From: a virus
Lineage: Duplodnaviria; Caudoviricetes
Length of the DNA stretch: 43,583 nucleotides
IMG/VR virus record: IMGVR_UViG_3300048849_000133
Coordinates: 1 to 43,583 of that record
Direction: 5' to 3' (one strand)
Part shown: one piece after another, positions 17,353 through 26,966 of the stretch
Position numbering within the stretch: the stretch's first letter is position 1
Layout: every line of letters starts with the position of its first letter
Made by a program: the position numbers and the translations under genes
Notes under the pieces: model-generated
Told to the model about the DNA's origin: nothing
Seen by the model: the letters and a program-made list of their open reading frames with translations, nothing else
The model's database searches: none

Positions 17353-18765
17353 TTATGAGATGGAGGCTAAAAGACTGATATCAAGGAAAGATCTAAACGT
17401 AATGCGCTCTCCTGGAGTTGGAATCATATAATTCAACTCAAACGTTAAGTGGCCGTTTGCAAGTTCTTCCGCCGGGTTGTCACCTTTATTGTATTTCACT
17501 GATGATCCAGGAAGAACAGCACCACGTCCAATCAGTACACGGATAAACGCATTTCCACTTTCACGAATACTGTCAATCAATCCCTGGTTTATCGGCCTGT
17601 CTATAAATTGCAACGCCGCCTGCTCCAGACTTTCAGTAACCACATCAGCAGCGCGAACGATATTCGTGAAATTGTCAGCCCCAGTATTTGTAGGAAATGA
17701 AGCGTTGCGATTTCCCCATGTACGTGGTCCCGATCCAAAAGTGTTGAACACGGTAGTGATACCTGCCTCATTTAAAATGTTTATATCGCAGGTCACGTCA
17801 CTTAAGCTGGACGACAACGCCCTTTCCGCTCCGATCGTTCCTTTGATCTCCTTGTTTGAAGTTGACACCCAGAATCCATCTGTGTTATCGACGGCAGCAC
17901 GAACGCCAGCAATGAAAGCACTATATGAAAAGTCAACGTAACTATCTGTGCTTGGATCGTACTTCTTAATATGCGGATACACCAACTCAACCCGTTTATT
18001 GCTCGTGTTGAAGTTAAACGTGCCTGCAGGCCCGCGGCCAGCAATTGCTCCAGCTACAGTTGTACCCAATGGAGCATCGATATAGGTGATCCCTCTGAAC
18101 TTCACAGCTGCAGCAAGCAAGCCAGCCATAACGCCAGACAATGACGAGAATTCGGGAGCAATAAGAATTTTCGGGTTGATACCATACATGCTGTACGCCG
18201 TGTCAAAAGCTTTAAGCCCCGAACGCATATTCGTAACGCTGTCATATTCCCCGACAAAAGTCGCTCCGGTAATGGCTGCAGGATTAAGTTTCTTGTAAGT
18301 AAATTTCAGCGACATGCCATTTGGCACAGCAGAACTTAACGCCTTAAAATTTCCATACTCATCAATGCTATAGTCAGTTCCTGCGATTAACGTGGAAGGC
18401 TCCCCGGCACTATCTAGTACTGTAATCGCACCGATAGGAGGGAAGCTTAATGCAAGTTTACCCAATATTACCTGATGAGATTCCGCGGCGATCTCAGTTG
18501 TATGTAAGACAGGATCAAACACGTTTACAACCAGAATGGATCCGGCGCCTTGGGCAAAAATAACATCTAATGCCTGCGGAATAGAAAATCCGGCAAGCTG
18601 CTTGCCAAACTGAGCAGCATCACGTTCACTGCCAACGAGTATAACCTGATTTTTCGGGCCTGTTGGTGCTATACCCACTAGCCCGATAACACCAGATTTT
18701 ACAACATTAACAGGCTTACTTCCCTGTTGTACCTCTTGGGTCTCAATACCATGTAAAAAAGCCAT
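17353..18765 (-). CDS. Contractile tail sheath protein (P2 FI-like)
   Basis: FLHGIET, VIGLVGIAP, PKILIAP, RTWGNR and PGERITF motifs. Confidence 0.95.
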   Translation of the reverse strand: MAFLHGIETQEVQQGSKPVNVVKSGVIGLVGIAPTGPKNQVILVGSERDAAQFGKQLAGFSIPQALDVIFAQGAGSILVVNVFDPVLHTTEIAAESHQVILGKLALSFPPIGAITVLDSAGEPSTLIAGTDYSIDEYGNFKALSSAVPNGMSLKFTYKKLNPAAITGATFVGEYDSVTNMRSGLKAFDTAYSMYGINPKILIAPEFSSLSGVMAGLLAAAVKFRGITYIDAPLGTTVAGAIAGRGPAGTFNFNTSNKRVELVYPHIKKYDPSTDSYVDFSYSAFIAGVRAAVDNTDGFWVSTSNKEIKGTIGAERALSSSLSDVTCDINILNEAGITTVFNTFGSGPRTWGNRNASFPTNTGADNFTNIVRAADVVTESLEQAALQFIDRPINQGLIDSIRESGNAFIRVLIGRGAVLPGSSVKYNKGDNPAEELANGHLTFELNYMIPTPGERITFRSFLDISLLASIS

Positions 18766-18974
18766 TATTTATTTTTTTTAGATTTAAGGTCAGTTAGTTC
18801 GGCTGCTGATCCGGATGATTGTACCGGAATCAAAAGGTTCTGTGCAGCCAGGCTTTGCACGACACCGCTGTCTTCAGGCAGATTATGTGTGCCAGTTCCA
18901 TGTACGACGACATAATCTTTTTCCTCATGGGTAAAGGTTAGAATGCCGCTTCCTTTGTATGTGTATTTTACCAT
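18765..18974 (-). CDS. Hypothetical protein upstream of sheath
   Basis: 69-aa ORF whose stop overlaps the sheath start. Confidence 0.7.
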   Translation of the reverse strand: MVKYTYKGSGILTFTHEEKDYVVVHGTGTHNLPEDSGVVQSLAAQNLLIPVQSSGSAAELTDLKSKKNK

Positions 18975-18975
18975 C

Positions 18976-19458
18976 TTATTGATTGAAAGTTACTTTTTGT
19001 AGTGTGATCACTTCTGAATCATCATTGTCGGTATCCTGAGCGACAAATCCTTTTGTTTTGAAGTAGACGGCGTAATTGAAAATATCATTGACCTTGTCCT
19101 GCATTTTAAATCCTGAATACCGAAACGCCAGGCCAGGAGTTGGTTCGTAGCCTACTATGAACTTCTTTATCAACCGGTGCAAAGCGTAGACCCCTAATTT
19201 ATCGTGCGCACCTCTCAAACTTTTGGACTGTATCAAGAACGCAAACGTAATTTCAGTATCCTGAAGAACCATACTCAACGCCTTCTGGCTCATGTCGGGC
19301 TCTTCATCAGAAAAGGCTACAATAATCACCTCCTTTCCAAATATTTTTTCAAAATCCGCATCATTCTCCGGCAAAGGATTAACCTCTACCTTAGGATTAT
19401 TAATCTTCGAGGAAAGGAAAATTGATATCGCTAATTCCAGAGCTGCAAAATCCATCAT
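18976..19458 (-). CDS. Tail completion/terminator protein (Mu Gp37-like)
   Basis: Position after the head-tail joining gene; VEVNPLPEN and LRG..GVY pattern. Start reassigned to the ATG at 19458 (ATGA overlap). Confidence 0.65.
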   Translation of the reverse strand: MMDFAALELAISIFLSSKINNPKVEVNPLPENDADFEKIFGKEVIIVAFSDEEPDMSQKALSMVLQDTEITFAFLIQSKSLRGAHDKLGVYALHRLIKKFIVGYEPTPGLAFRYSGFKMQDKVNDIFNYAVYFKTKGFVAQDTDNDDSEVITLQKVTFNQ

Positions 19459-19790
19459 AGTTGTTGTAGTTCGGCTAAAAATGTTTTCCCGTCCCACTTA
19501 CTGGTTACGTTCAACACGCCATAATTCAACGTGTTGATTGTGATAACTTCTTCTGATCCGCCCGCGGCGAGCTCGAATAAACCTGTGAAGTCACCCTGCT
19601 TATATTCAAGCATACAGTTTTTAGGCGAGTAAGGTTTGTCCAGGATCTTTGCAGTTTCGGTGGCATCCTTAAACAGGATCGGACCACTGATCACTTCGAA
19701 GCCATCTGATGGTATCCAGGATGCAACACTACCGAAGGTATTAGCCGCGATATTGAATACTGAATCCTGGATACTGTCAAAAAGATTCAT
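19455..19790 (-). CDS. Head-tail joining protein (lambda FII-like)
   Basis: 111-aa beta-rich protein after the capsid accessory gene; synteny-based. Confidence 0.6.
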   Translation of the reverse strand: MNLFDSIQDSVFNIAANTFGSVASWIPSDGFEVISGPILFKDATETAKILDKPYSPKNCMLEYKQGDFTGLFELAAGGSEEVITINTLNYGVLNVTSKWDGKTFLAELQQL

Positions 19791-19792
19791 GA

Positions 19793-20119
19793 TTAGTTAG
19801 TGATTAACAGGTTTACTTCTGCATCTCCGGCCAGAGCCGCTTCTGCTGCTGCACCAACCAACGTGTTACCGGCAGCAACGGTAGACAAATTCTTGTCAGC
19901 TGTCACCCAGTATAACTTTGCTCCTTGAGTAATGGCGCCAGCTGCCTTAGGCAAACGGTAAACTCCTTGTAAATCTACGGCTCCGGTATCGCCGGCCGCA
20001 ATGTCTGTAATTGCTACTGCAGCTAAGGCTCCAAAAATCACCAAGTCTCCGGACTTTATTGCTGCCCCAGTTGTGTTTACGAAATCCAGCTTTTTGCCTT
20101 CTTGAACTTTATTTATCAT
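19793..20119 (-). CDS. Capsid cement/decoration protein (DUF2190-like)
   Basis: NKVQEG...SGDLVIFG..AVAITDIAAG..G...QGVYRLPK...GAKLYW motif. Confidence 0.85.
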   Translation of the reverse strand: MINKVQEGKKLDFVNTTGAAIKSGDLVIFGALAAVAITDIAAGDTGAVDLQGVYRLPKAAGAITQGAKLYWVTADKNLSTVAAGNTLVGAAAEAALAGDAEVNLLITN

Positions 20120-20139
20120 TTTGTAATTATTTAAATCTT

Positions 20140-20171
20140 AAAAAAAAGACCTGCCAGTGAGCAGGCCTTTT
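20140..20171 (-). terminator. Rho-independent terminator after capsid gene
   Basis: - strand AAAAGGCCTGC-tcactg-GCAGGTCTTTTTTTT. Confidence 0.8.
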
Positions 20172-20201
20172 CAACTTATAGAGACTAAATCAAAGGCTTA
20201 C

Positions 20202-22145
20202 TTACACACCTGGGTTCAAATAGACCCCTCTGTGTTCTTCGATGGTGGCAGCAAAGTCTGTACGAACTTTAATGTCCAGGTCATCAGTTTTAAAATTTAA
20301 TTCCTGCTCTGTGTACAAACCTTCTTGTCCGTTAAGGAAAGCGTATTGAACCACCGGAATGCTTGCAGGATCTGCGGTAACATACCACTTGGTCGGGCTG
20401 TCTAAATACGGATCAACGATCACTTCGAAAGCGTTGAAAAAAGGATTCGCAACAGCAGTCGTACCGGGTGTGATTTGAGCGGAAACAAGTTGCCATGCAA
20501 TTGTTTCAAGTTCAGGAGGAACAACCAGGTATTTCGGGCGTACGATAATCTTTTCACCAGTCATACCTTTTTGCCTGCGCATTGCAAGGCGAGCTGCAGT
20601 TAACGACTCAATACTTAGAACCGAACCAGCTGCTGCAAGATTGCTGTGGGCTGCATCAAATAGGTTCTTGCCGTCTGACAATTTACGGCCAAGTCCGTTG
20701 TTCGCAGTAAGTAAGCCAAATACGATTTCCGCCTGCAGTTCTGCTGCACCACGACCAAACAATTCAGTATACCTCATGAATCCACCCAAATCATCATTTA
20801 TTATGGCATGACGAGTTATACTGATTGTACGACCGTAGGTGTCAAGTTTGAAGTTATCTCCGGTTTCGACCATTTTGGCTTGCTTGTACTCTCCGCCCTC
20901 CTGAATTTTCAGAAGCTTGAAGTCACCACCAATACCTACGCTTGACATCGCCTTGAAGTCGGATGCAGATTGTTTCCGTGCAAATTTTCTCCATTCCGGC
21001 GTGGCGATTTCATAAGCAGCACGCAAGGAGCGGTTAATAGTATTGCCCAGCAAGATCGGGTAATCACTGGTCGACATAGCACGTTTCACCAGTTCATCCC
21101 TACTGATACTTCCAGGTGATAGAATAACACCATTTGAACGCAAAGACATGGCGGCCATATCCAAGAGTGTAGCATGGCGCATTTCTTTAGCCTTATCTGA
21201 ACGAAGTTCATGAGATGGATCATGTCTGTGCATCAGGACCTCTTCCATCGCCGAGCGAACCTGTTGACCTTCATCATTAGTGATGGTTCCAACATGTGCA
21301 GTGATTGCTGGCGGAGTCTGCGCCTCGACCAGTTTCGTAATGATCTGGGCCCTTGCCGCGTCTACTGATATTCCTTGGGAAATCAATCCGTCCAAGAAAG
21401 GCTGATCATTGATGTTAGCAGTACGGACTGCTAGTGTAATTTCTGATACACGAGTACGCTCAAGTTGAATACCTTGTTCGGTAGTCGCAACAGTTTCTGG
21501 TGCAACCGGTGGTGTAGCAGTTCTTTTCTGTTCAGCAAGTGCTGCCGCTGCTGCGATTTCTTCTGGGGTCATTGTTCTTGTATTTTGTGTAAATGTTATT
21601 TCGTGAAATTTCTGGGCGGTTTGTTTTGGATCTTCGTTCGATCGCACACCAGACGCATAGTCAACCGGCACTGAGCAGACCGACAATTCGCCCGGCTCCC
21701 AGTCTTCAACCCGAACGGAATATGTATTCGTATCCTCGTTTTCTGTTACTGTAGTTTCATGAATGCGGTACCCGACGGAAATGTTAGTTATAATGCCATC
21801 AATGATATCGCCCACAATACCTGCGACTTCTTGCCTTTTTGAAAGTCGAATAGTCGCTTTACACTCGTTGTTTTCAACCCAAGCCCTGGAGACCACTCCA
21901 TAAATGGTGTTGACGCTATAGGTTGAATGCGTGTCAACCAGGTTGGCGCCGGAATTCGCCCGTTCAAGTCGGACGGATTCAGGGGTGCAAATAAGTTTCT
22001 CGGAATATTTCGTGCCGTCCCACATTACCCGTTTAGCTTCGACCTCTGTAGCAAAAACAACCTCGATAGTACGATCGGTTTCATTATAACTGTTTGCAGT
22101 TATATTGGCTCGTACATAGGAAGGAATTTTAAACGTTTTATTCAT
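20202..22145 (-). CDS. Prohead protease / major capsid protein fusion (HK97-type protease plus Mu gpT-like capsid)
   Basis: N-terminal LVDTH, NISVGYRI and WEPGELSVCSVPVD protease motifs; C-terminal STSDYPILL, EGGEYK, TYGRTISITRHAIINDDLG and PKYLVVPPELE capsid motifs. Confidence 0.93.
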   Translation of the reverse strand: MNKTFKIPSYVRANITANSYNETDRTIEVVFATEVEAKRVMWDGTKYSEKLICTPESVRLERANSGANLVDTHSTYSVNTIYGVVSRAWVENNECKATIRLSKRQEVAGIVGDIIDGIITNISVGYRIHETTVTENEDTNTYSVRVEDWEPGELSVCSVPVDYASGVRSNEDPKQTAQKFHEITFTQNTRTMTPEEIAAAAALAEQKRTATPPVAPETVATTEQGIQLERTRVSEITLAVRTANINDQPFLDGLISQGISVDAARAQIITKLVEAQTPPAITAHVGTITNDEGQQVRSAMEEVLMHRHDPSHELRSDKAKEMRHATLLDMAAMSLRSNGVILSPGSISRDELVKRAMSTSDYPILLGNTINRSLRAAYEIATPEWRKFARKQSASDFKAMSSVGIGGDFKLLKIQEGGEYKQAKMVETGDNFKLDTYGRTISITRHAIINDDLGGFMRYTELFGRGAAELQAEIVFGLLTANNGLGRKLSDGKNLFDAAHSNLAAAGSVLSIESLTAARLAMRRQKGMTGEKIIVRPKYLVVPPELETIAWQLVSAQITPGTTAVANPFFNAFEVIVDPYLDSPTKWYVTADPASIPVVQYAFLNGQEGLYTEQELNFKTDDLDIKVRTDFAATIEEHRGVYLNPGV

Positions 22146-22218
22146 GGCAATAAAAGTACTATCTGATCAAACCTTACTTTAACGGGAACATAGCGGAACC
22201 ATCACGACAGGCAATTGC

Positions 22219-23715
22219 CTAAGATTGATTGCGATCTTCTTTTTCGTGCTCGTCCTGAACATCCTTGTTCATGCGTTCTGCATCGTATCTTGGATCGCTT
22301 TCCGGCATTACCCCGGCCGCATCGAAATTCACTTTATCCTGCTTCATCTGCTCAAGAATTTCTTCCGGACTATACCCCAGCTGCCTTACTGCATCCTGCC
22401 AGCTGATCAACCCGGACCGGATCTGCTTGATCAATGCAAGGGTTTCTTTTACTGGATCTATCATTTCCCTTCTTGGGGCGGTCCAGGTTACGGACATTCC
22501 TGGATCCTGAATCTTGTCCACAAGGAACGCCGCTTCTTTAAACCATTTCCACGCGACATCGCAGAACATTGGAATAAACATGTTCCATTGCCAATCTTCG
22601 ATGTTGTTCCGGAATTCAATCCAACCCATTCTTCCGGAGCTGAAATTGACATTCGACAGATCACCAGTGAGCGCTTCATAAGAAAGCCCGATGCCGGCAG
22701 CCTGGCCCTGTAAAGATTGACGAGAGAACTCACCAAAGCCCTCTGTTGTTGGGGGCGACGCAAAAGTGAAAGTTTCGCCTGGCCTTCCCCGCTGGATAAT
22801 ACCCGGTTCAATTTTTTCAAGCACATCAGAATCTTCCACGCTACCTGTACCCAAACCGCCACCATCAGGTGATTGAATGAAAACAGAAAAACAAGCGGCA
22901 ATTTTTTGTTTGATTAACTGGGCATCCTCGTACTCATCAAAATCCTGCATCCTGAGAATTACTGCAGAGAACCACGGAATTCCAATTATCTGTCCGGGGT
23001 CATCCACCTCATAAACACATGATATATCATCCGCTGGCACCGGGCGAGAAACGGCTTGGAACTCATTCGGATGCTTATCAAACAGCCAATAAGCGATTTT
23101 CTGACCATCTTTGTTGAAATGGACCCCGTTGACAGTGTATTCACCGTTATCCATCAGCATGTTATTTTTACTATGATCAAGGAAATCCGGATCCAGAACC
23201 TGAAGCTTGAGCGGTATTGTCGTGCCTTTCTTATTTTTCCGGATCCAAATACGTCTCACCAGGCAAGAACCAGATTTCACAACCGTTTTGATAATCAGTT
23301 TTTGAATACCGTAGAAATTGGAGTTACCATCAAAATTACATTCGGTACTTTCAGCCCAGTCCTTCCATGCCTGTTTAACCTTTTTCTCTTCTTCCTTATT
23401 CTTTGTGGAAGAAACAGGAGTAGCGACGATGCCTGTTCCAATTACATTGTTCGCTATTTTCCTGGTCGCGTTTTTTGCGTAGGAATTGTTTTGATTTAGG
23501 TTTCGGGATCTTTCCTTGAGTAATGGCAGTGCCATAACAATCTGGGAGTTTTGTGATACTCCAATCTGATTGTTATCCGGGAACCGTCGCCCGCGACCGG
23601 CACCTTCGAATTTCCGAACCTCTTTATCCAGTAACTTAATAGCCATTTGACTGCGCAATCTTTGCGCGACAAGTTTCGGCGCAAACGGCACCAATAGTTT
23701 ATCGATAAAATTCAT
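22219..23715 (-). CDS. Portal protein, lambda family
   Basis: RSRNLNQNN, GLSYEALTGDLSNVNFSSGRMG and IDPVKE motifs. Confidence 0.95.
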   Translation of the reverse strand: MNFIDKLLVPFAPKLVAQRLRSQMAIKLLDKEVRKFEGAGRGRRFPDNNQIGVSQNSQIVMALPLLKERSRNLNQNNSYAKNATRKIANNVIGTGIVATPVSSTKNKEEEKKVKQAWKDWAESTECNFDGNSNFYGIQKLIIKTVVKSGSCLVRRIWIRKNKKGTTIPLKLQVLDPDFLDHSKNNMLMDNGEYTVNGVHFNKDGQKIAYWLFDKHPNEFQAVSRPVPADDISCVYEVDDPGQIIGIPWFSAVILRMQDFDEYEDAQLIKQKIAACFSVFIQSPDGGGLGTGSVEDSDVLEKIEPGIIQRGRPGETFTFASPPTTEGFGEFSRQSLQGQAAGIGLSYEALTGDLSNVNFSSGRMGWIEFRNNIEDWQWNMFIPMFCDVAWKWFKEAAFLVDKIQDPGMSVTWTAPRREMIDPVKETLALIKQIRSGLISWQDAVRQLGYSPEEILEQMKQDKVNFDAAGVMPESDPRYDAERMNKDVQDEHEKEDRNQS

Positions 23716-23716
23716 A

Positions 23717-23914
23717 TTAAGTTCCTTTAGAAAAAGAGGCGTAACGCCTGTTTGATGTTGTCTTCGGAAATAATTCCGCTTCCATGTTTGCCAGGATCAT
23801 ATACATTTCGGCCAGGCTTCTGTATTCAATCTCCTTGTCCGCATACTTCACCCTCAATGCACCTTGCGCAACCGCCGATTTTAACGTTTCGTACTGAAGT
23901 TGTGTGTAAGCCAT
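23717..23914 (-). CDS. Head-tail adaptor (lambda gpW-like)
   Basis: LKSAVAQGALRVKYADKEIEYRSLAEM; directly before the portal gene. Confidence 0.88.
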   Translation of the reverse strand: MAYTQLQYETLKSAVAQGALRVKYADKEIEYRSLAEMYMILANMEAELFPKTTSNRRYASFSKGT

Positions 23915-24264
23915 TACTGATTTTTTAGGTCGTCTATTTTTTTCTGGCTAAAATTATCTATTATAACCTCGATTTGCTTGATGTCCGTTATAGTTCGTTT
24001 ATCATTGATATCTGTAAACGATTCTACTTGTGCAATCCCATTTCTAACCGCTGTTTCTTTCAGATCGAACAGACATCCGATCTCCCGGTTGGATAGGAGC
24101 GTCATCTTTTTCAACAGGAAAAAGCAAATGAAGCGTTGAAAAGTTGAATTCCGATCCTGGCTCTTGTTCGTTCTGAGGAAGTCAGTTTCAATTCCGTAGT
24201 GGAATGAAGTTGCGCAGACAATAATCTGCTGGAGGCTTTGTGGCTTTAATAATGTTTCAGTCAT
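23914..24264 (-). CDS. HTH protein resembling the DnaA C-terminal DNA-binding domain
   Basis: RFICFFLLKKMTLLSNREIGCLFDLKETAVRNG resembles DnaA domain IV; TAATG overlap with the gpW start. Confidence 0.6.
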   Translation of the reverse strand: MTETLLKPQSLQQIIVCATSFHYGIETDFLRTNKSQDRNSTFQRFICFFLLKKMTLLSNREIGCLFDLKETAVRNGIAQVESFTDINDKRTITDIKQIEVIIDNFSQKKIDDLKNQ

Positions 24265-24310
24265 GGCTTTCTATTCAATTGATTCAAAAAAGGAATATTT
24301 TGTTTTTAAA

Positions 24311-26197
24311 TTATCGGTTCCAAATGCTTTTAACAGGTTTTTTCTTTGGCTTTTCATCTGACATTGTGTTCCCTGGAGTAATTGTATCTAAAGTTTCCAT
24401 CAGCAATTTGTCCCAGTGTTTGTCGTTAAACCGATCGATGCCGAAAACATTGGCAGCTGCCCTGGCATAGACCCGGCAATCCAGCGGTTCATTTCTCTCG
24501 TAATGTTTTTCCCAGGTATACACCGTGTACCCTTTCTTGTTGATCGATCTGGTTATTTTTTCTGCGGTTAAGCCTTTGAAATAGATCCTGTCGTATTCTG
24601 GAAAATGACAATACCCGTTTGGATAGGATCCGTCTTCATTCTGCTGAAGCTTTAACCATCCGTAAATTTCCGTTTTGATCATACTCGAACCTACATTCCA
24701 AACTTTAATGCCATTTACCTTCTTCCCGGATTTGGAAGTTTCAACGGCACGGGGAGGGGAGACCATCAAAACACTGTTGTCCTGACCTTTGATCGGAATT
24801 ACCTTACCGGTGTGTTTTCTGGCGAAATCGTAAACAATACTTGTATTGAAGCCACTATCCACTGCCATAAGGTGCACCGGCAATTCAGCACCGTCCTCGC
24901 GTATCCATGTTTCATTCAGCACCTCAGCAAGTTTGTTCCATACGGGTGATTCCGTACTATCGGTACTTCCAAGCAACACACGGAAATCAATTGACCAGCT
25001 TTGCTTGCCTTTTGCCCAACCAACAATTTCCAGTTCAACACGGTCGCGCTGGATATCCACACCAGCGGTAAGGAAGACAACGTTTTTGTTTGGTTGATTC
25101 ATGGCATACTTCTCACGCTTATTGAAGACCGCTTCCCATTCCGGAGAATCACCCTCAGTCTTGTATGTTTCGCCTTTTTTTGTGTTGATGAACGTGATCA
25201 TCTTTGGCAGGTTGTCTTTTGCCTTGTCGTATTCACGCGCCATTTGCGCCCAGCTGTACCAACCAGACGGCGAATACAAGGCATTCAGGTGATACCCGAA
25301 AGTAATCCCATCTTCAAGTTCCGGAAAAAGTGCAATCCACTGGCCATTCGAAAGCATGTTTGTTTTACTGCTTTCTTTAATGTGTCCGCCGCAGTGTTCA
25401 CATTCGTAATAAACCTCAGAATACTTCCCTGGTTCCCATCGTAGTTGATCAAACTTCAAATGCATTAGGGTTCCGCAGTCTGGACAAGGCACATGATAAT
25501 AGCGCTGACCAGTTTCCTTGAATTCATTGTCGATGATACTGGCACCGTCGATTGTGGGGGTAGATGATATGAATATCTTACGCCGGGCTCCGAAAGTTGA
25601 TGTCCGGGTTTCGGCTAGGGCAATGGCATCACCTTCACCTGCAACATCCATCGGATAACGATCAACTTCATCCAGGTATAAAAACCTTGCTGCAGTAGAA
25701 GAAAGTCCAACCGGTGAGTTAGCCCCAACCATCAAAACGAAACCTCCGGCAAACTCTTTCTTCAGCATGGTATTGCCGCCGTCCTTGCTCCTGGCAGGGT
25801 TAATCTTCCTATTCAGCGCCGGTGTATTGTTGATCATCGGCTGGATCCGGGTCGTTGATGTATTTTTCATCATCGTATCGGTCGGCATCACGTAGATCAT
25901 TACGTTTGGAGCAATGTCAATCACATAGCCCAGCCAGTTATTTCCAGATTCCGTAGCGCCGATCTGAGAACACTTTTTAAAAACCACTTTCTGGGCCTTA
26001 TCCGTTACGGAAAGTTTATCCATAATCTCCTTCAGGTACGGCGTCCGGCTGGTTCTGAACTTACCTGGTTCCGCAACAGTGTTCGGCAGTATTCTAAACT
26101 GGTCAGCCCACTCGGAAACCAGGATTATAGGATCAGGCTTAAGTCCCATTTTGAGACCCTTGATTAACGTCTGGTCGTATGTAGGTTCCACAATCAC
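24311..26197 (-). CDS. terL: Terminase large subunit (lambda GpA family)
   Basis: RTPYLKEIMD, KCSQIGATE (Walker A-like), LYLDEVDRY (Walker B), STPT, LTAGVDIQ and RNEPLDCRVYA motifs. Confidence 0.96.
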   Translation of the reverse strand: MIVEPTYDQTLIKGLKMGLKPDPIILVSEWADQFRILPNTVAEPGKFRTSRTPYLKEIMDKLSVTDKAQKVVFKKCSQIGATESGNNWLGYVIDIAPNVMIYVMPTDTMMKNTSTTRIQPMINNTPALNRKINPARSKDGGNTMLKKEFAGGFVLMVGANSPVGLSSTAARFLYLDEVDRYPMDVAGEGDAIALAETRTSTFGARRKIFISSTPTIDGASIIDNEFKETGQRYYHVPCPDCGTLMHLKFDQLRWEPGKYSEVYYECEHCGGHIKESSKTNMLSNGQWIALFPELEDGITFGYHLNALYSPSGWYSWAQMAREYDKAKDNLPKMITFINTKKGETYKTEGDSPEWEAVFNKREKYAMNQPNKNVVFLTAGVDIQRDRVELEIVGWAKGKQSWSIDFRVLLGSTDSTESPVWNKLAEVLNETWIREDGAELPVHLMAVDSGFNTSIVYDFARKHTGKVIPIKGQDNSVLMVSPPRAVETSKSGKKVNGIKVWNVGSSMIKTEIYGWLKLQQNEDGSYPNGYCHFPEYDRIYFKGLTAEKITRSINKKGYTVYTWEKHYERNEPLDCRVYARAAANVFGIDRFNDKHWDKLLMETLDTITPGNTMSDEKPKKKPVKSIWNR

Positions 26198-26911
26198 TTA
26201 TTCTTTGACAAAGTTTACTTCTTCGAAATTTGAATATTCATTCAGAATATCCGTCAGCTCCCTGTTCATGGTATTAACGATGCTCACCACGTCACCGGCA
26301 TTTAGGACTTCGTCGGCGATGCGCAGCGGCATCGACATAAGCGCTTTTTTTAAATGACTCCCGAACTCATAAAGCACCGACTCAACATCGGACCTTCGGA
26401 CATACAAATTTTGTTGAATCTCCGCTTTCATTTTCTCCGACGCCAAGTTCAATATTGACGTTCGGCGGTATGCCTCGCTATAGGAGAGGGAAGGAGAAAT
26501 TTTGATTTTCGCCATTAACTCTTCATAGTTGTATTCTTCCAGATCCTCCAGCTCTTCCTGGTCTGAATCCTCAGCTAAAACTTCGGACTTTTTAGAGGGT
26601 TTCTTCGGACTTGCCGTTTTTTTTACAACCGGTTCGGACTTGTCCGAGTTTTTAACATTTTGTTCGGACGTATTTACGCTATTTATTCGGACTGCCAATT
26701 TGTCCTTATTGATACCTGGACGAGGTTTAGCAACAGCATGCAAGTGGCCGTATTCCTTATCTGCCAAATGCTTGATAATCTTCTGGCGATCAGTGTCAAA
26801 GCCTTTTTTTATCTTGCCGTCGCTGATTGCATTTCGGACAGCTTTCTCACTTACACCCAGGTATTGAGCGTATGCGTTTTTAGATAAATATTCAATCTCT
26901 TTTTTCGCCAT
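26198..26911 (-). CDS. terS: Terminase small subunit
   Basis: N-terminal HTH (SKNAYAQYLGVSEKAVRNAISDGKI) and C-terminal LMSMPLRIA; abuts terL. Start reassigned to ATG 26911 because the longer ORF runs through the putative cos. Confidence 0.8.
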   Translation of the reverse strand: MAKKEIEYLSKNAYAQYLGVSEKAVRNAISDGKIKKGFDTDRQKIIKHLADKEYGHLHAVAKPRPGINKDKLAVRINSVNTSEQNVKNSDKSEPVVKKTASPKKPSKKSEVLAEDSDQEELEDLEEYNYEELMAKIKISPSLSYSEAYRRTSILNLASEKMKAEIQQNLYVRRSDVESVLYEFGSHLKKALMSMPLRIADEVLNAGDVVSIVNTMNRELTDILNEYSNFEEVNFVKE

Positions 26912-26934
26912 GTTATTATTATTCAGTTCGGACT
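26395..26934. repeat. Cluster of TTCGGAC motifs (putative terminase-binding cosB-like sites)
   Basis: TTCGGAC starts at 26395, 26582, 26604, 26633, 26663, 26686, 26833 and 26927; inverted GTCCGA at 26642. Confidence 0.75.
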
Positions 26935-26966
26935 TATAAAATTCCTGACAGTAGTGAAAGTATGGG

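Noticed and set aside
7564-18765. Tailocin / eCIS / T6SS interpretation of the contractile tail genes
   Set aside because: Complete head, portal, terminase and replication genes are present, so this is a phage.
19793-20119. RecA/RadA recombinase label often attached to this family
   Set aside because: 108 aa, no Walker motifs, and positioned after the capsid gene, consistent with a capsid cement protein.
26582-26693. CRISPR or mini-array interpretation of the regularly spaced TTCGGAC repeats
   Set aside because: The repeat is only 7-8 bp, spacing varies from 22 to 30 bp, it lies within an intact ORF, and no cas genes are present.
5055-26887. Numerous 60-160 aa + strand ORFs antisense to structural genes (e.g. 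12936-13382, 17477-17941, 22225-22713, 25001-25444)
   Set aside because: They are shadows of well-supported - strand genes with no recognisable motifs or start contexts.
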